Source: Candidatus Poribacteria bacterium
GTDB taxonomy: Bacteria > Poribacteria > WGA-4E > WGA-3G
Length of the DNA: 64,000 nt
Reading direction: 5' to 3'
Assembly: GCA_022828145.1 (NCBI GenBank)
Contig: JAJEJA010000015.1
Coordinates: 9,298-73,297, forward strand
Part shown: one piece after another, positions 1 through 8,582 of the stretch
Layout of the letters: each line of letters begins with the position of its first letter
Numbering within the stretch: position 1 is the first letter of the stretch
Position numbers and translations under genes: made by a program
The notes under the pieces: generated by a model
Database searches by the model: none
What the model saw: only the letters and a program-made list of their open reading frames with translations
Told to the model about the DNA's origin: nothing

Positions 1-1688
1 AGCTCCTCAAGACTCCGCTTTTCACTGTATGAACTGTCATAGAGCGGTGCGACTTCCGGGTATTCTGCAGTTACGAGTTTGTATATGGCAGAGATTACCT
101 CGTCTTTCTGGATGAGTCGAATTGCTTGACCGAGTGGAATATTATCTTTGCTGTTTACGATGATGCGTGGCTTAAAACTCTCATTAAGGTAACTGAGCCA
201 AACCAAATGTCGCGTTGGTAACGAAATCTCCGATTCGCCTGCAAAGAGTGTAAACTGAGTCCTTTCGAGCGCGTTAGAAGGAAGCGTCTGTGCAACCCGC
301 CAAAGAGTATACTGCACTTGTCCAATCTTTTCTGACACGGGTGCTGAACCTACAAAATCATTGCACTTAATCAGTAAATACCGTCCGGCAATTAGGTTCA
401 ATTCACCAAGTGTCAGCATTTGAAGGTATTTTTCAGTGGAAACCAATTTGTCCTCTTCGTCGAGATACGAAAGGCAAACGATGATCGATCCCTCTGCAAA
501 TTTAATCGGACAACCGAAAGCGACAGCCAGGCAATCAAAGCATATAGAGGGTTGAGCTTGTCCAGTGCCAGACTGCAATCTTTGTGAAGGATCTGAGAAA
601 ACAAACCTGTTTGCCTCCAATTTACCCTCAAAACCCCGGGTTTCGATTTTGGGAGGCAAATGTCTGCCGCAGCTGTAGCACCGATTTTTAGCTGTATCTC
701 CAGCAGTATGTACGGAATCTTGTTCGATCTCGTCAATTGAAGCAAGTGGGCACTTTAGGGGTCGAATATGTTCGCTTAGAATGCCAATAATCTTATCTTC
801 AATTTTTCCTTTTTGGGAGCGAAGTTTTACTGTGCCGTAAGAAAATTGGGTTGAGCCAGTTCGGTTAAACCGGAGAGAAAGCCTCAAAGCCTCATCAAAA
901 AGCCTTACTAATTTATCAGAACCTTGAGCATTTGTCTGCATTTCATTACGCAATTCGGTTAAAAGTCGCTTTAGTTCTTTTCTGTTTTCTATTGCAGCAG
1001 CCTTCCGATCTTCGTCCGTTTTGGCTTTTCTATAGTTGTCAGGGTACCGAACAACTCTTTCTTCAAGCGTAGCAATATAAAACGCAGCTTGCCAAAGTTT
1101 CATATCCTCTGTCACCGATGGAAAGTGAACATAGCCAAAACCTCTGTTAGTTAGTTTCATGCTATTCATGAACAGCGTAAAAGATTTATATAATTCCTCT
1201 TCCGAGTAAGCAAATTGAATGAATCGCTGCCATGCCTCTTCAAGTTGAAAATCTGTGTCCGGAATAAACAAAATGAACATCAGACGGTTTTCAGAAAGAC
1301 GAATAGCAAATTTATTTTTTTGTAGGTATTCTACGAACCGCTCAATTAGCGTGTCATAAGCAAGCCGAATCTGCATCTCTTGTGGTAGCACGGTGCGGTG
1401 ATAATTAAAAATTTTACCAATTGGATTTCCCCCAAACTGGATAACCTCGTTTTCATCTACAACAAGCTCTTTAATTGGATCTGTAGATTGTTTCTTATCA
1501 TAATGCTCCGCATCCCGGATTACCCGCAGGGCGTCCATATCGTTCCACCACCATTTAAGTTGATCATACTTGTTCTCGCGGTCCATCCGATGAACGAATG
1601 CCTTAAAATCCAATGTAGACTCACTTAGGTGTGTTGCCGCAAAGTGAGCAGCTAAAATTTTATCTCTTTGTTGATCATCTATAATCAT
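1..1688 (-). CDS. Large protein, 3'-partial (>562 aa), with CxxC..CxxC zinc finger; putative type I CRISPR large subunit (Cas10d/Cas8-like)
   Basis: Not in the ORF track because it runs off the window. Manual translation from ATG 1688 (GAGG SD 7 nt upstream) shows no stop for 562 codons: MIIDDQQRDKILAAHF...RCYSCGR(669-680)...NRFVFSDPSQRLQSG..PSICFDC(531-542)...YLQMLTLGELNLIAGRYLL. The ORF is secure; the Cas call rests on the Zn-finger layout and the WYL neighbour. Confidence 0.6.
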   Translation of the reverse strand, partial: MIIDDQQRDKILAAHFAATHLSESTLDFKAFVHRMDRENKYDQLKWWWNDMDALRVIRDAEHYDKKQSTDPIKELVVDENEVIQFGGNPIGKIFNYHRTVLPQEMQIRLAYDTLIERFVEYLQKNKFAIRLSENRLMFILFIPDTDFQLEEAWQRFIQFAYSEEELYKSFTLFMNSMKLTNRGFGYVHFPSVTEDMKLWQAAFYIATLEERVVRYPDNYRKAKTDEDRKAAAIENRKELKRLLTELRNEMQTNAQGSDKLVRLFDEALRLSLRFNRTGSTQFSYGTVKLRSQKGKIEDKIIGILSEHIRPLKCPLASIDEIEQDSVHTAGDTAKNRCYSCGRHLPPKIETRGFEGKLEANRFVFSDPSQRLQSGTGQAQPSICFDCLAVAFGCPIKFAEGSIIVCLSYLDEEDKLVSTEKYLQMLTLGELNLIAGRYLLIKCNDFVGSAPVSEKIGQVQYTLWRVAQTLPSNALERTQFTLFAGESEISLPTRHLVWLSYLNESFKPRIIVNSKDNIPLGQAIRLIQKDEVISAIYKLVTAEYPEVAPLYDSSYSEKRSLEE

Positions 1689-1813
1689 CTTAAAACCTCA
1701 CTTCCAATTCGCATTATTTTTTAAGTATACCACACCACCAGTCACACAAACCTGTGTCTGTTCAAAAAAATCGCGCTTAATTTTTGTACAATTGCCTTTT
1801 TTTCCCAAAAAAC

Positions 1814-1842
1814 TTGACACCACGTGCAAAAAAGTATATACT
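1814..1842 (+). promoter_or_regulatory. sigma70-type promoter pointing into the tandem structured-RNA units
   Basis: TTGACA (1814-1819), 17-nt spacer, TATACT (1837-1842). Predicted start is ~1848-1850, just before unit 1 at 1852. Confidence 0.75.
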
Positions 1843-1851
1843 ATAACAGAC

Positions 1852-2061
1852 ACCAGAAGTAAAATAGCAGCCGAAAACTGTTGCGTATGCCATGCTGCTT
1901 GCTGACCGTTCAGCAAGATAGGTTGCCCACCTTTTTTCATGGTGGTTTTCTGTCGAAGACCAGAAGTAAAAGCGTAGCCGAAAACTGTTGCGTATGCCGT
2001 GCTGTCTCCCAGACGGCTGGGAGAATAGGTTACCCACCTCTACACCGAGGTGGTTTTCTGT
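1852..2061 (+). ncRNA. Tandem pair of ~107-nt structured RNA units of unknown family
   Basis: Units start at 1852 and 1959. Linkers are conserved (accagaagtaaaa; agccgaaaactgttgcgtatgcc; ataggtt; ggtggttttctgt). Stems change sequence but keep pairing: cttgctga/tcagcaag vs tctcccag/ctgggaga, and gcagcc/ggttgc vs gtagcc/ggttac. Confidence 0.65.
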
Positions 2062-2101
2062 TTTAAACTTTTTCATCCATCCTTCCATTATCTTCCACCC
2101 T

Positions 2102-3073
2102 TCAATCTTCCGTATACAATGCCACCATCTCGCGTGCTGTTCGAGCAACCCATTCTCGTAATGCCTTCGGTTTAACGACTTCAGCTTCATGTCCCCAACG
2201 CAACACCCACCATCCGATTTCGTGCCAGCCAGCGACGGTTGCCTCAAAACGAAGCGTGCCATTATCCAATTCCTGCAGCTGCTGCGTCGGATGCCAATTC
2301 ACCTCCCGAATCAGCGGAGCGATACGTGGGGCAAACAGGATGACAACATGTGTGTCCGGTCCGAGCATAACATCCCAACTTTTATCAAGATATTTCTGCA
2401 CAGAGAAATCTTCAGGGATAGTATAACCCGCATGTGTCATATTAAGTGAATCAATACGGTTGATACGAAAGGTGAGAATCTGTTCGAACGTTTCAGATCG
2501 TCCAATGACATACCACGCCCGTTTGCGAAACAACACAGCATAAGGTGCAAGCCGATGGCGAACCTTCGTGCCACTGCTAAAAGAATTATACTCTATAGTG
2601 ACCCGTGTCTTTTCTCGGATTGCTTGGTATAGCATCTCTTTACACTGATCATCTTCATCAGTCGGACTAACTTGTTGTGGTGGTACTTCAATCTGTGAGA
2701 CAATTTGGTTTAAGGTATCGTTTGTCTGTTTCGGTAAACCGGAAGTAATCTTATGAATTGCACTATTCAGCATCTCAATTGATTGTTTACCCTCCGTTGC
2801 CCGATAAAAACTCGCTGCGGTAACCAGTGCAAGTGCTTCTTTAAGATCAAGGTTGAGTGGGGGCAGGAAAAACTCGGATATCATCTCGTATCCTTGTTTA
2901 CCACGTGGCACAATCATGATTTCCATATCGCGCAAAAGGTCAATATCACGCTGGATGGTCGTTTTGTTGACTTCAAAACGTTCTGCTAACCGAGGACGGG
3001 TCCATTTACAAGGTTGACTATGGATAAGACGCGCAACTTCAATGATGCGCGCCATCTGTTTTTTGCGGTACAT
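2102..3073 (-). CDS. HTH-WYL-WCX transcriptional regulator (PafB/PafC/YafY family)
   Basis: N-terminal wHTH (LAERFEVNKTTIQRDIDLL), WYL core (APYAVLFRKRAWYVIG...TFRINRI) and C-terminal WCX (WVLRWGHEAEVVKP). ATG 3073 is preferred over TTG 3085. Confidence 0.9.
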   Translation of the reverse strand: MYRKKQMARIIEVARLIHSQPCKWTRPRLAERFEVNKTTIQRDIDLLRDMEIMIVPRGKQGYEMISEFFLPPLNLDLKEALALVTAASFYRATEGKQSIEMLNSAIHKITSGLPKQTNDTLNQIVSQIEVPPQQVSPTDEDDQCKEMLYQAIREKTRVTIEYNSFSSGTKVRHRLAPYAVLFRKRAWYVIGRSETFEQILTFRINRIDSLNMTHAGYTIPEDFSVQKYLDKSWDVMLGPDTHVVILFAPRIAPLIREVNWHPTQQLQELDNGTLRFEATVAGWHEIGWWVLRWGHEAEVVKPKALREWVARTAREMVALYTED

Positions 3074-3145
3074 AATGTCTCTCAAATATAGTCATATTAA
3101 AATAGTATACACCATTTCATAAAGATGCATAAGTCCTGATTAACT

Positions 3146-4243
3146 TTATTGCATCCGCCTAATCCGTGCAGGTGTATCATCACCCCGAATCTCAGATGAA
3201 AGGATACGCAAACTCCTATCCTCAATCGGTAATGCCACCTTCACACCACCACGGCGATGCGACTCACGCAGGGCAATAGCGACCTCTAACGCTGCCCGAC
3301 CATCTTCACCGGAACATTTCGGCGAACCGCCATTCTCAATGGCACTGATGATGTCGTCAAGAATGTCCAACCCCATCCCTTGCATCCGGACCGGATACGG
3401 AAACGGACATGTTGCGGGTATACCCCGTCCTCTCCGACCCCCGGGGAGTATGCGTATCAACTCGAACTTTTCAGCATTATTGATAGAACGAATCCGTCCA
3501 CTTGTACCGATGACATCTACCTCCCACGGTGCTGCGCCACAGGCAGTGCTTCGGAAATATGCTCGGACACCGTTATCAAACACGAGATAGCCGTTTCCCA
3601 TCAGGTCGTTTTCACCTGCTGCTGCGTCGTCAGATTGCATTTCACCGAAGACCCATGCCACATTGCCACCCGCCATATACCGTAGAATATCAATCGCGTG
3701 GCTGCCGTTATGGGATAGACCGCACTGTGCATAAACGGTTACCTGCAGCACATTACCAATTTCACCTTCATCAATGAGTTTTCTCGCCTCGCTAAAGAAG
3801 GGGTTCCAACGTCTTGCACAGTTTATTGCCATCACAACACTGTTCTCTTGACAGGCATCTACCATCGTATCCGCTTCTTCAAGACTGAGCGAAATCGGTT
3901 TTTCTGCCCAGATACCTTTTACACCTGCGCGTGCCACATCCTGCACGATTGTAGAACGCACACGTGCTGTTGTGCATATACTGACAAGATCAAGGTTTTC
4001 CTTTTCTAACATCTCACGATAATCGCTATAGATATGATCCGAACTAAGTCCCCAGCGTTCACCGAAGATTTCAGCCTGTTCAGCGTGTAAATCAGCACCT
4101 GCAACCAATTCGGTTTTCGGTGATGTCACATAACTCGGAGCATGACAGTAAGGTAGAAAGAGGGAACCCCCTTGTGTGATTTCATCGTCAAAAGTACTCC
4201 CCATGCGTCCTAAACCTATTACACCTGCACGATATGTTGACAT
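3146..4243 (-). CDS. Gfo/Idh/MocA family oxidoreductase
   Basis: GVIGLGRMG Rossmann motif, AEKP motif, NGSHAID. Confidence 0.9.
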   Translation of the reverse strand: MSTYRAGVIGLGRMGSTFDDEITQGGSLFLPYCHAPSYVTSPKTELVAGADLHAEQAEIFGERWGLSSDHIYSDYREMLEKENLDLVSICTTARVRSTIVQDVARAGVKGIWAEKPISLSLEEADTMVDACQENSVVMAINCARRWNPFFSEARKLIDEGEIGNVLQVTVYAQCGLSHNGSHAIDILRYMAGGNVAWVFGEMQSDDAAAGENDLMGNGYLVFDNGVRAYFRSTACGAAPWEVDVIGTSGRIRSINNAEKFELIRILPGGRRGRGIPATCPFPYPVRMQGMGLDILDDIISAIENGGSPKCSGEDGRAALEVAIALRESHRRGGVKVALPIEDRSLRILSSEIRGDDTPARIRRMQ

Positions 4244-4276
4244 GTTATTCTCCTTCGTAAAATGTTGTTCCCGTAT

Positions 4277-4915
4277 TTATATATCAAGTAGTTTCTCATA
4301 GACAAGAGCCAGCCATTTGTCTTGTGGCGGTATAAGGTGGGGTTTTGGTTTAAGCGGTGTCCAAAAAGGCTTAAAGATGTAATCTCTATCACTCTTCAAT
4401 TCCCAAGTATCCGCAGTTTTTTCATCTGTGGACAGATGGAAAAAATGCCTTCTTTTCTGATCACTTATATTTTCAGTCGGTACCCACCCATCAATGATGT
4501 AGTCAATGCATTTCGGTTTGAAGTGTTCGTCAAATTCATATTCAATGTAAGTAACGTGTGTGAAGTTATTGTGGGTAGAACGGTAATCAACAGTGAGTCC
4601 TCTTGTCAGTTTTTCTTTGTAAGGCACAGCGTTTAAATCTGGTTTGATATAGACTTCGGTAGTATTTATGATTATCCGTTGATGTGCGTTCAGTTCATTC
4701 TCCATACACCCGAGATATGCTTCAATTTTTACGTGTTGTAATCCAGTTTCTTCATAGGTTTCACGGACTACTGTCGACTGAATATCTTCACCTGGTTCCA
4801 CGCTCCCCGCTGGGATTTGGATACCTGCCGTTGGGTGTTTGAATACAAGCAAGGACTTCACTCCGTTTCTTTCTTGTGTGATGAATGCGGAGACTTTTTC
4901 TATGGATTCATGCAT
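4277..4915 (-). CDS. NUDIX hydrolase
   Basis: Nudix box GSVEPGEDIQSTVVRETYEETGL. Confidence 0.85.
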   Translation of the reverse strand: MHESIEKVSAFITQERNGVKSLLVFKHPTAGIQIPAGSVEPGEDIQSTVVRETYEETGLQHVKIEAYLGCMENELNAHQRIIINTTEVYIKPDLNAVPYKEKLTRGLTVDYRSTHNNFTHVTYIEYEFDEHFKPKCIDYIIDGWVPTENISDQKRRHFFHLSTDEKTADTWELKSDRDYIFKPFWTPLKPKPHLIPPQDKWLALVYEKLLDI

Positions 4916-4931
4916 TGTATTTTTCTAAAGG

Positions 4932-5057
4932 TCAGGACTTACGCAATACTTTCTTTTGTAGCATAACCTGTTAGGTTGTGCTACCAGAACCATCTGTGTT
5001 TTTCCAAGAACTCACATCTAACGGAACGTACTTCGCTCAAAACTGCGTAAGCTCTGA
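4932..5057. repeat. Inverted-repeat-bounded element containing a GTAG palindrome
   Basis: Ends tcaggacttacgca ... tgcgtaagctctga enclose gtagcataacctgttaggttgtgctac. Half ends recur near 3127 and 28437. Confidence 0.6.
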
Positions 5058-5079
5058 AGGTTTTAAGCGTTGTCTAATT

Positions 5080-5181
5080 TAACGTGGGTTTGATAAATCA
5101 GATTTTCCCAGGCCGGTAGGTTTATGCAAGTGATATTTTGGGAAAAATGAAGTCCATATTCCTATTATCAAACTCACGTTA
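5080..5181. mobile_element. MITE-like element (AACGTGAGTTTGATAA terminal inverted repeat family)
   Basis: aacgtgggtttgataa ... ttatcaaactcacgtt. A longer inverted copy lies at 62640-62834. Confidence 0.65.
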
Positions 5182-5199
5182 ATTTATGAGGTAACCTGA

Positions 5200-5670
5200 T
5201 TACGAAACAGAATCAACATCTAACATAGCGCGTGGTCCATCAATATCATTTTGATCCAACATTCTACGGTATCTGCTCTCTTTTCTGATTGGTTCAGTTC
5301 TGTTTGTAGATAGCCAGTGATAACTACTACGATCCTTTAATACTTCAAGGTCTTCTGCTGAAGACTTAAGCCATTGTCTTAACCATTTAACTTTTTTGAT
5401 GATGTTTTCTACTTCACTTGTTTTGCCTTGATGAACTTCAACATAATAAATTTTGTCTTTATAACCGAAAACATAGTCCCAACGAGGTGCATTCGGATAA
5501 CGGTTTTTGAGACAGGTATCTATATCAACACTTCCTTTCAAATCACGTGTCGTGTGAGCTTTTATCTTACTGCTATTTTTGCCTAATGCTTGTAATCCAT
5601 CTTTCAAGCAGTCGCTGATTTCGGTTATACTTTGAACTGCGATGCGAAAACTCACAAATCTGCCCTCCAC
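5200..5670 (-). CDS. Hypothetical protein, possible PD-(D/E)xK-type nuclease partner of the upstream ATPase
   Basis: 156-aa basic ORF with RWDYVFG...YYVEVH, a D...ExH pattern. Overlaps the ATPase gene by 19 nt. Confidence 0.55.
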   Translation of the reverse strand: MEGRFVSFRIAVQSITEISDCLKDGLQALGKNSSKIKAHTTRDLKGSVDIDTCLKNRYPNAPRWDYVFGYKDKIYYVEVHQGKTSEVENIIKKVKWLRQWLKSSAEDLEVLKDRSSYHWLSTNRTEPIRKESRYRRMLDQNDIDGPRAMLDVDSVS

Positions 5671-6803
5671 ATAGCTTCAGAAACGACTTCAGAAACTTTA
5701 GAACTGAATGCTGTTAACCCACCAAAATCTGATACTGCTTCATCAGGATCTTCAGCATCTAACGTTGAAATATCTTTGACATGGACAATCTTGTCTTGCT
5801 GAGCAAAATAATAGGTTTTGAACGTTTTTTCTAACGCCGTTTCTGCTAAAGGTCTTGAAAAGTAATTTGGTTTCAAATCCAACACTTTCAATAGCTGTGT
5901 TGGTTCAGCACCTGCTTTAACCAGATATTGAATTGCCCACACTAATTCCAAAACTTGCGAAGAATGCGTTGACACGATGACTTTATACCCGCGTCTCATA
6001 AGTTCCAAAAAAACAGTGAGTAGTGCTGAAATTGCTTTGGAGTGTAACCCTATTTCAGGTTCCTCAATAACAACCCAATTGATGCTATTTTTTTTCTGTT
6101 CCCCACCCGAGGGCATTAATCGGTATAATCCCATCAACAGTGGCACAAATTCCCGCTGACCAGTTGACCACACCATAAATGGCAATTGGGTACCCGCAAC
6201 GTCTAAGACAATCCGTTTCCGCAAACCGGAACGATCCAATTTTACTTTAGCCCCTTTAAAAATGCTTTCTCCAATTGCATCACGTATCATTTTGTTCATA
6301 CGCCCGGTGTGCGGAAATATATCACCTTTACTAAACTCTAAACTCGTTTCTAATAATAGACGCAGATGTTCACTAAATTGCTTAACAACATAGGGGTCAC
6401 CGATAGCGTAGTCAGTAAAAGGACGGGGCCACCCGTCTTTGAGTGTCATTGCTCGGTGTGCAGGAATCAGGAGGAAGTTTTCCGCTTTTTTCCTGTCTTT
6501 TTTAGACAAAGCTTTGTCAAGTTCAAAATCCTCGTCGTCAACGACAATTTTAGTAGTATTGTCCCAAATACCGTCCATCCCTTCACCGAAATAGAGTGAT
6601 AAAAAATCATTTTTATTCTCATGCCAATCAAAACCGTGTTTTCTAAGGGTCTTCGTAATATCACCGATGTCTAAAACTAACTTTACAAGTTGGAGCAGAA
6701 TGCTCTTTCCACTCGCTTGTTCACCGACAAATACTGTTAGATCCCCGAATGTAATGTCAGCTTCTTGAATTTGTCCTAATGAAGTAACTGTAAGACGTTT
6801 CAT
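5652..6803 (-). CDS. ABC-type/AAA_15/AAA_21 ATPase (defence-associated class)
   Basis: Walker A GEQASGKS, signature-like STGQRE, Walker B IEEPEIGLH, H-loop VSTHS. No transmembrane partner. Confidence 0.85.
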   Translation of the reverse strand: MKRLTVTSLGQIQEADITFGDLTVFVGEQASGKSILLQLVKLVLDIGDITKTLRKHGFDWHENKNDFLSLYFGEGMDGIWDNTTKIVVDDEDFELDKALSKKDRKKAENFLLIPAHRAMTLKDGWPRPFTDYAIGDPYVVKQFSEHLRLLLETSLEFSKGDIFPHTGRMNKMIRDAIGESIFKGAKVKLDRSGLRKRIVLDVAGTQLPFMVWSTGQREFVPLLMGLYRLMPSGGEQKKNSINWVVIEEPEIGLHSKAISALLTVFLELMRRGYKVIVSTHSSQVLELVWAIQYLVKAGAEPTQLLKVLDLKPNYFSRPLAETALEKTFKTYYFAQQDKIVHVKDISTLDAEDPDEAVSDFGGLTAFSSKVSEVVSEAMWRADL

Positions 6804-6827
6804 GGATACCTACTCCTTTTTAGTTGA

Positions 6828-8120
6828 CTACTGACTTTGAGCATTTGCACTAAGAAAGGCTCTACCTGTTTTATTCTCGGCGCGAAAAACTGCAAGGTTA
6901 CGTCCCTTCATATCTTTAACTACCCAGTAATGTCCCACATGAGAGGTTTGACTCATAACATAGTTCGGGGCAATTTGCAAATAAAACTGTTCATTGCCTT
7001 GATAATCTACCCAATAATATGCTATGTTCTCCTCAGTACTATTCACGAAGATAATTGAAGTTTCAGTGTGATTGGGTCTTGATATTAGATTTTTGATTTG
7101 GTTTGGATCCTGTTTCTTCAAGTTAACCCACTTACCATTACCATCGCTATTCGGGTTTAATAATTGCTTATGAAGATCTGCATAAGTCGGAAAACTTGAT
7201 TGCCATTTAAATTTTGGGGACTCTGAGGGATTGAATATCTTCAGGTGTGATAGGTGGGTACGCATTTTTGCTTTTGTGTATCGCCAGTCTGTATCACCAT
7301 AGACCTCGGTTAGCAATACAGCAAGTTCAGGGTCATACTTTTTCAACTGTTCCCGAGTTTTGACATGATTATGTAGACTATCATTTCTCCAATTGGTGTT
7401 AAACCAGGATTGTGACCCTTCAGCCCAATATTCCTCTCTATTTGTTATAGCATAAGTGCCTTTCCACAATCCCTTTTTTCTTGCAGAATCATAAGCTTTC
7501 TTAAGCCGATCATCAAAACTCTGATCAACAGTGTTCAATCCGACTAAATGGATTGCATGACTAAATTCGTGAATTAGTATGTTTTCTCCCTGATAAGGGT
7601 CTCCTGGATAATTGAGCAGGTTTTCTTCACCACAACTCACGATGGAGTTTGGACGTCTTGCCCCTAAACCGCGTGCCCGTAGATCCCAATAAAAATTAGG
7701 ACGTAGGTTTCTATATTCGGGAATTTGTGTTGTCATCTGGTTGTATGCTATGACAACAAAACGCACTTCATTATGAACAAGTGCTTGCAGAATATCCTGA
7801 CGATGTTCAAGCATCTGCCTAATAAGCCAGGCTGCTTCTTTCAAAGCATAAGGACTCACATTTGCTGATGCCAAAACAGGCAATCCTTCTACATCAATCC
7901 ATTGCTGATAAAACGGATCCAGATTATACCCCTTACGGACAAAGTCTGGCGGCGGAGATGGTTCAGGAATGTCAAAGTCTCGCTTAGTTTCTGGATTTTG
8001 GGTAGGATACAAGATTGCACAACCTGATAAAAGGATGGCCACCCATAGCATCAGAGGCATCAACACGACATGCCGCAAAACACTGCGGACCTTGTTGTGA
8101 TTTATCCGCGAAGATTTCAT
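6828..8120 (-). CDS. Lipoprotein with zincin metallopeptidase domain and C-terminal VHL beta-like domain
   Basis: Lipobox LSGC; HEFSH with downstream EYWAE; C-terminal IIFVN...YWVDYQG....Y..I.P......T...H.WVV.D pattern typical of the VHL beta domain. Confidence 0.75.
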   Translation of the reverse strand: MKSSRINHNKVRSVLRHVVLMPLMLWVAILLSGCAILYPTQNPETKRDFDIPEPSPPPDFVRKGYNLDPFYQQWIDVEGLPVLASANVSPYALKEAAWLIRQMLEHRQDILQALVHNEVRFVVIAYNQMTTQIPEYRNLRPNFYWDLRARGLGARRPNSIVSCGEENLLNYPGDPYQGENILIHEFSHAIHLVGLNTVDQSFDDRLKKAYDSARKKGLWKGTYAITNREEYWAEGSQSWFNTNWRNDSLHNHVKTREQLKKYDPELAVLLTEVYGDTDWRYTKAKMRTHLSHLKIFNPSESPKFKWQSSFPTYADLHKQLLNPNSDGNGKWVNLKKQDPNQIKNLISRPNHTETSIIFVNSTEENIAYYWVDYQGNEQFYLQIAPNYVMSQTSHVGHYWVVKDMKGRNLAVFRAENKTGRAFLSANAQSQ

Positions 8121-8170
8121 AAGGATATTCCTCTCATTGGATCATGTAAAAGGTCTATGCAATTGTAGAT

Positions 8171-8336
8171 GTAGCACATTCTGTTAGATTGTGCCTCTTT
8201 GTAGCACATTCATCCTTGCTTGTACTTCTTTCTACAACCCCATTCATACTACATTGTGCCTCTTTGTAGCACATTCTGTTAGATTGTGCCTCTTTGTAGC
8301 ACATTCATCCTTGATTGTGCTTCTTTCTACAACCCC
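8171..8336. repeat. Tandem ~30-nt GTAG palindromic repeats (A-B-partial-A-B)
   Basis: gtagcacattctgttagattgtgcctcttt alternates with a gtagcacattcatcctt... variant. Same family as 23707-23926. Confidence 0.85.
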
Positions 8337-8341
8337 TATAT

Positions 8342-8531
8342 GCGTCAATTTAGTGATTTTCCCAGGCCGGTAGGTTCGGTTTCCTAACCAATTCAGAATA
8401 CCATACGCGTATTCTGACGGATCCTTCACGAAAACCTTTATGAACGCAATTGATGCAAAACCAGTTCGGTTAGGAAACCGAACCTACCGGCCTGGGGGTA
8501 TTATCACTTTCGTATTTCCTTAAATTGATGC
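8342..8531. repeat. Inverted-repeat-bounded element containing an inverted REP-like pair
   Basis: gcgtcaattta ... taaattgatgc encloses cccaggccggtaggttcggtttcctaacc and its reverse complement. Confidence 0.65.
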
Positions 8532-8582
8532 CAATGGGGCGGGCACAGAGACCCACCCTATAGATGATTTATAAGATACGCG

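Noticed and set aside
1852-2061. CRISPR mini-array or known tandem riboswitch (glycine, c-di-GMP)
   Set aside because: The variable parts are self-complementary stems rather than spacers. I could not match riboswitch consensus motifs, and no gene lies downstream on the promoter strand.
1698-2262. ORFs 1698-1940, 1777-2262 and 1881-2066
   Set aside because: They overlap promoters, the structured repeat and the WYL gene, have no recognisable motifs, and the repeat period (107) is not a multiple of 3.
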